The notes beneath the pieces are model-generated. The model did no database searches. It saw nothing but the letters and a program-made list of their open reading frames with translations, and had not been told where the DNA came from. Positions 18,168-26,345 of a DNA stretch of 32,828 nucleotides are shown one piece after another. How positions within the stretch are numbered: position 1 is the stretch's first letter; every line of letters begins with the position of its first letter. Source of the DNA: Minisyncoccia bacterium (GTDB taxonomy: Bacteria; Planctomycetota; UBA1135; GCA-002686595); assembly GCA_047638655.1 (NCBI GenBank), contig JBLIMI010000001.1, positions 1 to 32,828 of the forward strand, in the 5' to 3' direction. The translations under genes and the position numbers were made by a program.

Positions 18168-19202
18168 TCAGTCTTCGGTCTTCAGAGTTGGGACAGGCTC
18201 GGGGCTTCCGAGGACGTAGCTGAATCCACCTCGCTTGAGCCACACAGAATCGAGTTCGCTCATGGCGTAGGTGCGCGGTCCCGTCTCACTCGGGGGCACG
18301 GCGGGGTCGAGGATGAGTGCTCCGCCGGCGCCATCGAGACCCACGAGGACAATCAAGTGGCCGGAGGTAGCGGCGTAGGGCGCGCCCGTGAGCTGACCTT
18401 CCTGAACGCCGATGGAGAGAATGAGCGGAGTGCCTTCCAAGAGCTGATCCGCCACCTCGCTCCAGCCGTTGAAGCGGGCCAAGTGGCCGTGCACACCGAG
18501 CTCAAAAGCCCCTTGTATCGCCCGATTCCAGTTGCCGTAGATGTCGTTCTGGGGATCGTAGAGCAGCTCCGCAACCTTCCGCGTCGGGTGCACCGCACCC
18601 TGTTGGGCGAGCACCATACTGACGGCCGTTGGACTACATATCCGCGGGGCGAGGTCCTGCGCCTCGGATGTTTGGCGTCGTTGAGGCACGGAGAGCGCTG
18701 GGGTCTGGCGCCGTTCGTCTGCCGTGCTGGTTGCCGCCAGATTGACCGTGCGGCTGAAGCACAGGTGGAAGGACCGCAGAGAGACGACCCCATCGGTGGC
18801 CACTCTGACGCGCACCGCTGTTTGTGGTTGGGTCAGCTTCAGGAGGTCGACTTCTACCCGAGCGGTGGCGGACTCGGTACTCGCGCGTCGGTCTTCCGCC
18901 CAATTTCCCCATCCTCCAAGGTCGAGCCAGGGCGTGGGGGAGTGTTGGGCCGCTTGCCGCACTTGGACTTCCACACGGAAGGGCGCCGAGGCTTCGCGCG
19001 ATACGTTCCAGGAAGGGAGGAGCTCATCAAACGCAAACGGGGCGCTGTACCAAGGCGAAGTCCAACCCCGGGAATCGACGGCAATGCCCGCGCAAGGAAT
19101 CGAGCGGGTCCTGTGTACTTGGGTGGCCGATGCGTTGGAGTTTCCTGGCCCAACGCATCCCGCCAGCGCCAATCCAAATCCTAGGAGGCCCAGCTTTCCC
19201 AT
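18168..19202 (-). CDS. Lipoprotein with a C-terminal C39-like (papain-fold) cysteine peptidase domain
   Basis: Signal peptide plus lipobox (MGKLGLLGFGLALAGC). The candidate catalytic Cys context is RICSPTAVSMVLAQ. NWNRAIQGAF follows, and the candidate His context is TSGHLIVLVGLDG. The roughly 170-aa N-terminal domain was not recognised. The start overlaps the ABC-F stop region by 22 nt. Confidence 0.65.
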   Translation of the reverse strand: MGKLGLLGFGLALAGCVGPGNSNASATQVHRTRSIPCAGIAVDSRGWTSPWYSAPFAFDELLPSWNVSREASAPFRVEVQVRQAAQHSPTPWLDLGGWGNWAEDRRASTESATARVEVDLLKLTQPQTAVRVRVATDGVVSLRSFHLCFSRTVNLAATSTADERRQTPALSVPQRRQTSEAQDLAPRICSPTAVSMVLAQQGAVHPTRKVAELLYDPQNDIYGNWNRAIQGAFELGVHGHLARFNGWSEVADQLLEGTPLILSIGVQEGQLTGAPYAATSGHLIVLVGLDGAGGALILDPAVPPSETGPRTYAMSELDSVWLKRGGFSYVLGSPEPVPTLKTED

Positions 19203-21199
19203 TCTTCGTTGGCCTTGCTCAACTCGTCCTCGACCTCGGCGATCTCGAACTGGACATCGCGCAACTTGTTGGCATCACGGTACACATCTTCGTTCACAAG
19301 CATGGCATTGAGCGCTTCCAGGCGTTCCTCAAGGGTCATGATGCGCTCCTCGAGTTTCTTGAACTTGTAGGGATTGTGCGGCTTCTTGCCGCCCGAGGAG
19401 TTGGCCTTCTGTTTGTTGCCAGGTGCCTTTGCTACGCCTTTCTCGGCTTGACGCTTCACGGCAGCTTTGTGCTCAGTTTTCTTGCGAGCCGCGTCTGCCT
19501 GGGTCTGCGCGAGTTCCTCTGCCTTGGCATTGCGCCAGAAGGAGTAATTGCCTTCGTAGCTTCGAATTCCGTCTTCGTGAAGCTCCACGATGCGGGTGCA
19601 GAGTTCGTCCAATAACTCACGGTCGTGGCTGATCAAGACCAGGGCTCCACCGAAGCTGGCGAGCATTTCAGAGAGGGCCGTGCGCCCGGCCAGGTCGAGG
19701 TGGTTGGTGGGCTCGTCCATAGCAAACCAACTCGGGGACTCTCGCACGAGCATGGAGAGGGCGAGGCGTGCGCGCTCACCACCGGAGAGGTTTCTGACCT
19801 CTTTCTCGATCTCCTCGTCGCCGCGAAAGAGGAACAGCGCCAGGTGCGAACGAATCTGACCGTCGGTCAGGTGTGGCCAGCGGCGCCGAATCTCACTCAT
19901 CGGCGTGCCGTCGGGCAAGAAGTCGCCAGTCTCCTGATCGTAGTAACCGCACTCGGACCCATGACCTCGTTCCACCGTGCCTTGCTTGGGAGATTGACGC
20001 CCCGCGAGAATCTTGAGCAGCGTAGTTTTTCCGATTCCATTGCGTCCAACGATGCCAATTCGTTCACCACGGCCGACTCGGAAGTCTAAGTTGCTCCACA
20101 CCAGCTTGTCGTCGTAGCCCGCGCCGAGTTGGTGAGTCTGAAAGACCTTTTCACCACCTCGCTTGGCTTCTGGTGCTCGAATGACCGGCTTGCGGACATC
20201 GTGAAAGGGTCGCTCCAAGCGCTCGATATGGGACAGCTTCTTCATGCGCCCTTTGGCTTCCGCCGTGCGCTGGCTGCCCATGTGTTTCTTGATGAAGGCT
20301 TCTTCCTTGCGGACGAAATCTGACTGGATCTCGAAGGCCTTGGACTCACTGGCGAAGCGCTCTTCCTTGAGCACGATGTACTTCTTGTAGTTGCCTGCGT
20401 AGCGCACGAGCTTGCCGCGCTGCAATTCGAGCACGCAATCGATCGCATTGCTCAGGAGTCGCCGGTCGTGGCTGATGACCAGTGCCGCCCCCTGTAGATT
20501 GCGAATGTAGTCTTCGATCCACTCAATGCCGGGCAGGTCCAGGTGGTTGGTGGGTTCGTCGAGCAGCAGCAGGTCATGACCCCCTGCAAGCGCGCGCGCC
20601 ATGGCAGTGCGCCCTTTCTCGCCACCAGAGAGTGTCACGGGGTCGCGGTCCCAGAGATCTTCCGGGAGACCGATGCCGCCCAAGACTGTCTCGACCCGCC
20701 GTTCAATTTCCCAGCCCCCGAGAACTTCCACACGCTCGGTGAGATGGCCTTGCTCCGTCATCAAACGTTCGAGCCGCTCGCCCGTGGCCTCGCCCATTTG
20801 CTCCACTACGGTCTCGAGAGCCTTCAGGGCTTCGTGAGCCCGTTGCATGCCGCCCTCGACGTACTCGCGCACTGTGGAGCCCGCTTCGAAGTGCGTGCGC
20901 TGGGCCACGAAACCAATGTCCGTGTCCTTGCGGATCACGATCTTGCCGTAATCGGGGACCTCGAGGCCTTCGATCAAACGGAAGAGCGTGGACTTCCCGC
21001 CCCCGTTGCGCCCCACGATACCAATTTTCTCCCCCGGATCGATTCGGAGATTGGCACCGGTCAGCACCTCCTGAGAGGAGTAGTACTTCTTGACGTTTTC
21101 TAGGCTGAGGAGGCTCACGGCGGACTTGGGCTTGAGGAAGGCGGAGAGTCTACCCTCGAAGTTCCGATCGGAGATCGTCCCTCGATCGTTTCCGTGCAT
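19181..21199 (-). CDS. ABC-F family ATPase (Uup/EttA-type, two ABC domains plus a C-terminal coiled coil)
   Basis: Two Walker A motifs (GRNGGGKST and GRNGIGKTT), two signatures (LSGGEKGR and LSGGERAR) and two Walker B motifs (LLLDEPTNHLD and FAMDEPTNHLD). There is no TM domain, and the tail is Lys-rich and coiled-coil. The start is uncertain: ATG at 21199 or GTG at 21118 (VSLLSLENV...). Confidence 0.9.
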   Translation of the reverse strand: MHGNDRGTISDRNFEGRLSAFLKPKSAVSLLSLENVKKYYSSQEVLTGANLRIDPGEKIGIVGRNGGGKSTLFRLIEGLEVPDYGKIVIRKDTDIGFVAQRTHFEAGSTVREYVEGGMQRAHEALKALETVVEQMGEATGERLERLMTEQGHLTERVEVLGGWEIERRVETVLGGIGLPEDLWDRDPVTLSGGEKGRTAMARALAGGHDLLLLDEPTNHLDLPGIEWIEDYIRNLQGAALVISHDRRLLSNAIDCVLELQRGKLVRYAGNYKKYIVLKEERFASESKAFEIQSDFVRKEEAFIKKHMGSQRTAEAKGRMKKLSHIERLERPFHDVRKPVIRAPEAKRGGEKVFQTHQLGAGYDDKLVWSNLDFRVGRGERIGIVGRNGIGKTTLLKILAGRQSPKQGTVERGHGSECGYYDQETGDFLPDGTPMSEIRRRWPHLTDGQIRSHLALFLFRGDEEIEKEVRNLSGGERARLALSMLVRESPSWFAMDEPTNHLDLAGRTALSEMLASFGGALVLISHDRELLDELCTRIVELHEDGIRSYEGNYSFWRNAKAEELAQTQADAARKKTEHKAAVKRQAEKGVAKAPGNKQKANSSGGKKPHNPYKFKKLEERIMTLEERLEALNAMLVNEDVYRDANKLRDVQFEIAEVEDELSKANEEWESWAS

Positions 21200-21251
21200 T
21201 CAGCCCAATGAGCAGCGCGCTTCAATGCTCTGGGCCTGACGCAACAAGCCC

Positions 21252-21270
21252 CCTTCGGAGAGTCCGAAGG
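21252..21270 (-). terminator. Short hairpin between the HEAT-repeat gene and the ABC-F gene
   Basis: CCTTCGGA (21252-21259), loop GAG, then TCCGAAGG (21263-21270). On the minus strand it is followed by GGGGCTTGTTG. It is weak for a terminator and could also belong to the ABC-F leader. Confidence 0.3.
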
Positions 21271-21298
21271 AGGCCTGCTCAAGGGCGCTAGCGCCGTG

Positions 21299-23365
21299 CT
21301 AGCGCAGATTCAGTAGACCCGTTCCTTTGCCCGTCAGAAGGGTCTCCGTCATCGCAAAGTAGTTGACGTGATTGGCAAAGGCGGCTGTCCACGGAAGTCG
21401 CTCTGTTTCGCACACGACGCCCAGTGCAATCGAGGAGAAGCTGCGCGTGATCTCGAGCTCTTCGGGATCATCCAGCATGCTGACGAGGGGTTCGACCACG
21501 CGCTTGTCCCCGACCAATCCGATGCCGGCGATGATCGCAGACTTGACCGCGGCGCTCTTGCCGTTCTCGAGGGCATCGAAGAGCGTCGCGACGATGGTCT
21601 TGTCATCCAACAGTGCCAGGGCCACGGACGCTTTGCGCAAAGGGATGGGGTGGAACTTGGACTCAGCGATGATGGCTTCCAATTCCGGGCGGGCATCGGC
21701 TGCTCTGGATAGGCCCAGGCCAATGGCCGCGAAACCCTTGGCGTTGTCGTCGCCCTTGCGCTGCAAGCGGTCGATGAGCTCATCACGGGCCTTGGCGTTA
21801 CCAGTCAGTCCCACGGCGATGCTGTAGGCACCCGAATCCGCTGGGGAACTCGTGCTCTTGAAGCTCTGGAGCAAGGCATCCGCAACGGCTTTGGAGTGGG
21901 GTTGACCACCTGCAGCAGCGTGATAGTCCTGTAGCCCCAGGGCGAGAGCGGTCCAGGTCCGGAGTCGGCTCTTGCCGTTCGATAGCTGCTTCAGCAAGTA
22001 CTTGCGCTCCTTGGCTAGGGCGGCGTAGGGGTCCTCACCATCCCCGGCACGCCCTGAAGCCAACGCCAGCGAAATGAGGGAGAGCCCTCGCTGATTGTTG
22101 TCACCATTGCTTACGGACTCGTGCAGGGCGGCTCGCAATTGCTTGTCCACACGATCCTCATCCGCATCCCCGAGCATGCCGAGGGCTTCGATGATCCCGT
22201 AGCGCACCAAACGGTCCGAACGCTTGTGCCGTTCCAATTCCACCAGAAGCGAGTCCTTGACCTCATTGCGCAAAGCCTTTGATGCTCCAGCTACAAGGGT
22301 TGCGACTGCCTTGGGCGTATGGGCACGCACGTACTCGTGACGCTTCTTGTCTTGCAGGATGCCCAAGAGGTGGCTGATTTGAGCTTCCAGGCTGGCCGTC
22401 AGAAATTCGCCTCGATCGACCTTGCGATCGTTTGGGATGCCAGCTTCGGGCAAGGGCGTTTGCCCGATGGATGTGATGCAAGCCACGTGCAAGTCCGGCG
22501 TTGCGCCTTCTTCACCGCGCAGGATAGCTGCGAGCCTTCCGACCAAGCTGCGACTCGCATCTTGGTTGTTCATTCGAGGTCCGAGGATTCCCATGGCCAG
22601 TGCAGCCAGAGGCCTTGTTCTGCCAGGAACGGACTCGCGGCCCATCCACTTGCGGCCAGCCGGATTGTCGGCCGCGATGTCCGCCAGGATGCGGATGCAC
22701 GACAGGTCGCCCATGATTCCCAGTGCGACGATCGCGGACTCCGCCATCTTCTGGTTGGGAGCCGAGAGGTGTTGACTGATCAGCTCGATCATCGTCTTGC
22801 CTTCGGGCTTGAACACGGGGTGCAACTTAGCGATTGCCATCATGGCGTCGCTCTGCACTTTCCACGAGCCCGACTCGACGGCTCTTTGCAAAGCGGGCCC
22901 GATGATCTTGCGAATGTCTTCGTCCCCGGGTGAGAGACTCGATGCCTCAGCGGCCTGACCGTGACCGAGGAAGAAATCGTCGCTGCCCGTGACCGTCCCG
23001 CCACCAAGAACATGACGTTTGATGTCGAGGTACGGATCGCGATTGTAGTTCCACCACCAGGTCCAGTCAGAGAGATCCGGGATGCTGACTCCCGAGGGCG
23101 TGCTGGGGCCCGTGTTGGGCCGCATAGGTCCAGGTGCGCTGGGGCCAACTGCTCCGGGCGTGTTGGGAGTTGTGGGGCCTGTCGCGGGCGCGCTCGGCCC
23201 CCCGCTTCCAGGCGTCGGTTGACCTGGGACCGTATCTCCAGGTCCACCCCAGGGCGGAGGAGGAGGCGGGGGCGGAGGGAAACCGCCACCGTGGGCGTAC
23301 AGCGGTTTGGTCGTACCGAGACTGAGAATGACGGCGATTACAAAAGTCGAGGCGGTGTGCTTCAT
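21299..23365 (-). CDS. Secreted HEAT/armadillo-like repeat protein with a poly-Pro, Pro/Gly/Thr-rich N-terminal region
   Basis: ORF trimmed to the ATG at 23365, giving the signal peptide MKHTASTFVIAVILSLGTTKPLYA. Next come GGGF-P9-W, about 60 aa of P/G/T/S low complexity, and DWTWWWNYNRDPYLDIK. The remaining roughly 570 aa are repetitive alpha-helical segments (...AIIALGIMGD..., ...IIEALGMLGD..., ...AIGLGLSR..., ...IIAGIGLVGD...) typical of HEAT/PBS-lyase repeats. Confidence 0.78.
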   Translation of the reverse strand: MKHTASTFVIAVILSLGTTKPLYAHGGGFPPPPPPPPPWGGPGDTVPGQPTPGSGGPSAPATGPTTPNTPGAVGPSAPGPMRPNTGPSTPSGVSIPDLSDWTWWWNYNRDPYLDIKRHVLGGGTVTGSDDFFLGHGQAAEASSLSPGDEDIRKIIGPALQRAVESGSWKVQSDAMMAIAKLHPVFKPEGKTMIELISQHLSAPNQKMAESAIVALGIMGDLSCIRILADIAADNPAGRKWMGRESVPGRTRPLAALAMGILGPRMNNQDASRSLVGRLAAILRGEEGATPDLHVACITSIGQTPLPEAGIPNDRKVDRGEFLTASLEAQISHLLGILQDKKRHEYVRAHTPKAVATLVAGASKALRNEVKDSLLVELERHKRSDRLVRYGIIEALGMLGDADEDRVDKQLRAALHESVSNGDNNQRGLSLISLALASGRAGDGEDPYAALAKERKYLLKQLSNGKSRLRTWTALALGLQDYHAAAGGQPHSKAVADALLQSFKSTSSPADSGAYSIAVGLTGNAKARDELIDRLQRKGDDNAKGFAAIGLGLSRAADARPELEAIIAESKFHPIPLRKASVALALLDDKTIVATLFDALENGKSAAVKSAIIAGIGLVGDKRVVEPLVSMLDDPEELEITRSFSSIALGVVCETERLPWTAAFANHVNYFAMTETLLTGKGTGLLNLR

Positions 23366-23535
23366 GGCATTTCTCCGATGCGGGCTGTGGGCCGAGCTTC
23401 GAATGGATTCTGTCACAGGTTGGAGTCTAGATAACTGCGTACCCCAGCGGTGCCTACACACGGCGACCGGAATTGGAGGACAACCTTTTGTCCAAGTGAG
23501 CAAGCGCTCTCCTGATTGTGCGAAGGCGAACGGGA

Positions 23536-24978
23536 TTAGGCGGGCCTGGCATCCTGGTTCGTCGTCAGTTTACTAACGAATACCAGGGCCAAGACGCTCA
23601 CTAAGACCGCGGGGAGGGCTGCATCCAGGCTCGACACGAATTCGTGCAACCCAGCGGAACCGGCCTTCTCGGTCCACTGGACGGCGATTTCGCCGAACCA
23701 GAAGTGCCACAGGATGGCGGTGCCCAATCCAGTGATCATGGACGTTACCGCTCCGGCTGTCGTGGCGCCTTTCCAGAACAGCGCTGCGAGCAAGGGCGGA
23801 GTGATCGCCGCTCCGTAGAGTGTGTAAGCGAAGAGTGCGACCTCGAAGAATTCGTCGGACTGAAAGGCGAGCCACAGAGCGAGCAGGCCGAGGACGACCA
23901 CGATGCCGCGGCTGGCCCGGATCACTTGCTTGTCGTCGGCGTTGGGGCGCAGGAAGCGTTGGTAAATGTCGCGCACCACCGAGCTCGCAGGAGACAGCAG
24001 GTACGAGTCCGCGGTGGAAACCACCACCGCCACCACCGTGGCCGAGAGCAGAGCTCCGAGCAGGGGCGGCAAGGCCTCAAAAGCGATATGAACGATGGCG
24101 TGGGCTGGGTTTTCGGGGGCGATCATTTCCCCTCGGGCCACCAGCGCAACGCCGCACAAAGCCACGCCGATGATCAGCCAATCGAGCAACAACACGCCGA
24201 AGAACATGCCTGCCGCCGAGCGTCGTGCAACCGCTGGATCCTTTGCGGAGAAGAAGCGTTGGTACATGTTTGCGTCTCCAAGGATCAGGAGAAACGCGGG
24301 CAACAGGTAGGAGATGATGCGCGCCGAGCTGTAGGAGAAGGGGTCCTGGTGAGTGGCGGGAAGGCTCTCGAACATGGCCGTTGGTCCACCCAGTTGACTC
24401 AAGAGCAACCACAGGGTCACGCCCAGGCCGGTGGTCATCAAGATGCCATTGGCCAGGTCCGTGTAGGCCACGGAGAACATTCCAGCAAGGGCGGTGTAGG
24501 CGATCACGAAAGCGGCAACCAGGTACACGGCTTGGTCGTGACTCAAGTCCGGCAGGATGCGCTCGACCACGGACGCCCCGGCGCGGTACTGGTAGGACAC
24601 GATGATCAGGTAGCCGGCGAGCAGGGCTACGGTTCCCAAGACGCGGGTCACGACACCAAATCTCTCTTCGAGAATGTCCTGGATGGTGAAGTGGTTCATG
24701 CGCCGCAAGCGTGCGGCTAGCCCGAAGAGCACCAGAATTCCAACGGCGCTCGAGAGGGGCAAAATGAACGCGCTGACACCATCCTGAAATGCCTTTTGCG
24801 CGTTGCCAAAGACGCTTCCTGTTCCGATCCAGGTGGCGAGCAGGGTGCCCGTTAAGACAGCACCTGAGAGACCGCGCCCGGCTAGGGCGAAGTCCTCGTG
24901 GGTCTTGACCTTGCGCGCTTTCCAGACACCCAGGACAATGAGAATGGCCAGATAGACGATCAAGAACCAGGCGTGCAT
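23536..24978 (-). CDS. Sodium:solute symporter family transporter (second copy, divergent from 14875..16341)
   Basis: 480-aa multi-TM protein. The N-terminus MHAWFLIVYLAILIVLGVWKARKVKTHEDFALAGRGL fits the SSF pattern. Confidence 0.85.
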   Translation of the reverse strand: MHAWFLIVYLAILIVLGVWKARKVKTHEDFALAGRGLSGAVLTGTLLATWIGTGSVFGNAQKAFQDGVSAFILPLSSAVGILVLFGLAARLRRMNHFTIQDILEERFGVVTRVLGTVALLAGYLIIVSYQYRAGASVVERILPDLSHDQAVYLVAAFVIAYTALAGMFSVAYTDLANGILMTTGLGVTLWLLLSQLGGPTAMFESLPATHQDPFSYSSARIISYLLPAFLLILGDANMYQRFFSAKDPAVARRSAAGMFFGVLLLDWLIIGVALCGVALVARGEMIAPENPAHAIVHIAFEALPPLLGALLSATVVAVVVSTADSYLLSPASSVVRDIYQRFLRPNADDKQVIRASRGIVVVLGLLALWLAFQSDEFFEVALFAYTLYGAAITPPLLAALFWKGATTAGAVTSMITGLGTAILWHFWFGEIAVQWTEKAGSAGLHEFVSSLDAALPAVLVSVLALVFVSKLTTNQDARPA

Positions 24979-24990
24979 CGAAGGTCCTCC

Positions 24991-25374
24991 TTAGAACTTC
25001 AGCTGTTGGGCCAACTCGAGCATCTGTTCCTCGGCCACCTCGGTGGGGGCGGGCATGCCCACCTCGTGCATGTGGTTGGTAGGGATCAAGTGAATGTGCA
25101 CGTGGGGCACTTCCCAACCAATGACGGTCACGCAAACCCGTTCGCAACCGAGAACACGTTTCATGTTTCGAGCCACCTTGTGTGCGGCAGCCCAGAGCGC
25201 GGCGTGCTCCTCCTCGTCCATTTCGAAGAGGTAGCTCACTTCACGTTTTGGAATCACGAGCGTGTGCCCGGGTTGGGCAGGGCGAATGTCGAGGAACGCG
25301 AGGTGGGCTTCGTCTTCCCAGACTTTGTGGCAGGGGAGTTCGCCCTCGATGATCTTCGTGAAAATGGTGGCCAT
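24991..25374 (-). CDS. HIT (histidine triad) family nucleotide hydrolase
   Basis: ORF trimmed to the ATG at 25374: MATIFTKIIEGELPCHKVWEDEAHLAFLDIRPAQPGHTLVIPK. The histidine triad is HVHIHLIP. Length is 127 aa. Confidence 0.9.
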   Translation of the reverse strand: MATIFTKIIEGELPCHKVWEDEAHLAFLDIRPAQPGHTLVIPKREVSYLFEMDEEEHAALWAAAHKVARNMKRVLGCERVCVTVIGWEVPHVHIHLIPTNHMHEVGMPAPTEVAEEQMLELAQQLKF

Positions 25375-25464
25375 GGAAGCAGCGTACCGTATCGGGGCGA
25401 GCGGCGCGATTCTTGCAACCCTGGCGTGAGTCAGAGCACTCCGCTCGTTACACTGCCCAGCGCC

Positions 25465-26289
25465 ATGGCTGCCCCCCCCGACGATGCCACCTCCCAACTC
25501 GCCCGCGTGGTCTCCGTCGAGACCTGCGGCAGTGACGGCGTTCTGTTGCGGCTGGATCCTCGGATCGGAATGCCGAATCTGGCTGCGGGTCGCTTCTTCA
25601 TGTTGCGCCGCGCCGACGGAGTGGGCCCGCTGATTCCAAGGCCTTTTTCACTGTTCAAGCAAGAGGGCTCCGAGCTCGAATTCCTCATCAAGGTCATAGG
25701 AGACGGCACGCGCGCCCTGGCGGGAGCCACGGTCGGTAGCGAGATGACTCTGATCGGTCCTTTGGGCAATGGCTGGCCGCAGCTCGAGCAGGATCCGCCC
25801 TTGGTCATGTTGGCAGGGGGCATCGGGTCAGCGCCCTTTTACGAGTTGGTGCGTCAACGGCTGGCGGCTGGTGCTGCGGCGCAGAGCATGTGCATGATTT
25901 ATGGCTCGGCGACGGCGGGCTTCCTCTACGACTTGGCCGCGTTTGAAGCTCTCGGCGTGCGGGTGCTGGCGGCCACGGACGACGGTACCCACGGCTTCAA
26001 GGGCAATGTGCTGCAATGCCTCGAGGCGGAATGGGAAGCCGGTCGCATCCCGCGCAAGGTTCAGTTCCTAGCCTGTGGCCCAGAGCCCATGCTGGCTGCT
26101 GCGGCACGATTGGCCGAGGCGAATGATTTGCCCGCGTGGCTGAGTCTCGAATCCTACATGGGATGTGGCGTTGGCATTTGCAACGGCTGCGTGGTTCCCA
26201 CCCGGGAGGATGGGCCCATGGGGGACTGGCCCAACGCGAAGTGTTGCGTGGAAGGTCCGGTGTTCGCGCTCGAAGCGATCCGGATTTAG
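25465..26289 (+). CDS. PyrK-like FAD/NAD(P)-binding 2Fe-2S flavoprotein (dihydroorotate dehydrogenase electron-transfer-subunit family)
   Basis: ORF 24898..26289 trimmed to the ATG at 25465; the upstream part is antisense to the symporter and HIT genes. It has RPFSL (FAD-binding RxFS type), MLAGGIGSAPF (NAD-binding) and LACGPEPM. The C-terminal Cys cluster is CGVGICNGCV...KCCVEGPVF. Confidence 0.75.
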   Translation: MAAPPDDATSQLARVVSVETCGSDGVLLRLDPRIGMPNLAAGRFFMLRRADGVGPLIPRPFSLFKQEGSELEFLIKVIGDGTRALAGATVGSEMTLIGPLGNGWPQLEQDPPLVMLAGGIGSAPFYELVRQRLAAGAAAQSMCMIYGSATAGFLYDLAAFEALGVRVLAATDDGTHGFKGNVLQCLEAEWEAGRIPRKVQFLACGPEPMLAAAARLAEANDLPAWLSLESYMGCGVGICNGCVVPTREDGPMGDWPNAKCCVEGPVFALEAIRI

Positions 26290-26345
26290 TTCCGCAATGG
26301 GTGTTGGATGAAGCCCATGCGCATGAAGCACGCAGGGCTTAGCGT

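Noticed and set aside
23644-25147. Long overlapping ORFs 23644..24720 (+, 358 aa) and 24077..25147 (-, 356 aa, off-frame) over the second symporter gene.
   Set aside because: The 23536..24978 minus frame encodes a coherent multi-TM SSF transporter. The alternatives are Arg/Pro/Gly-rich with no hydrophobic periodicity or motifs.
24898-25464. The N-terminal 189 codons of track ORF 24898..26289. Analogous upstream extensions occur in ORFs 2609..3403, 3534..4559, 4581..5300, 6578..8143, 9822..10598, 10462..11415, 13318..14700, 21299..23503, 24991..25497, 26346..27335 and 26955..28547.
   Set aside because: These extensions overlap neighbouring genes or intergenic DNA. They precede internal starts that give canonical family N-termini or signal peptides, so I trimmed the features to those internal starts.
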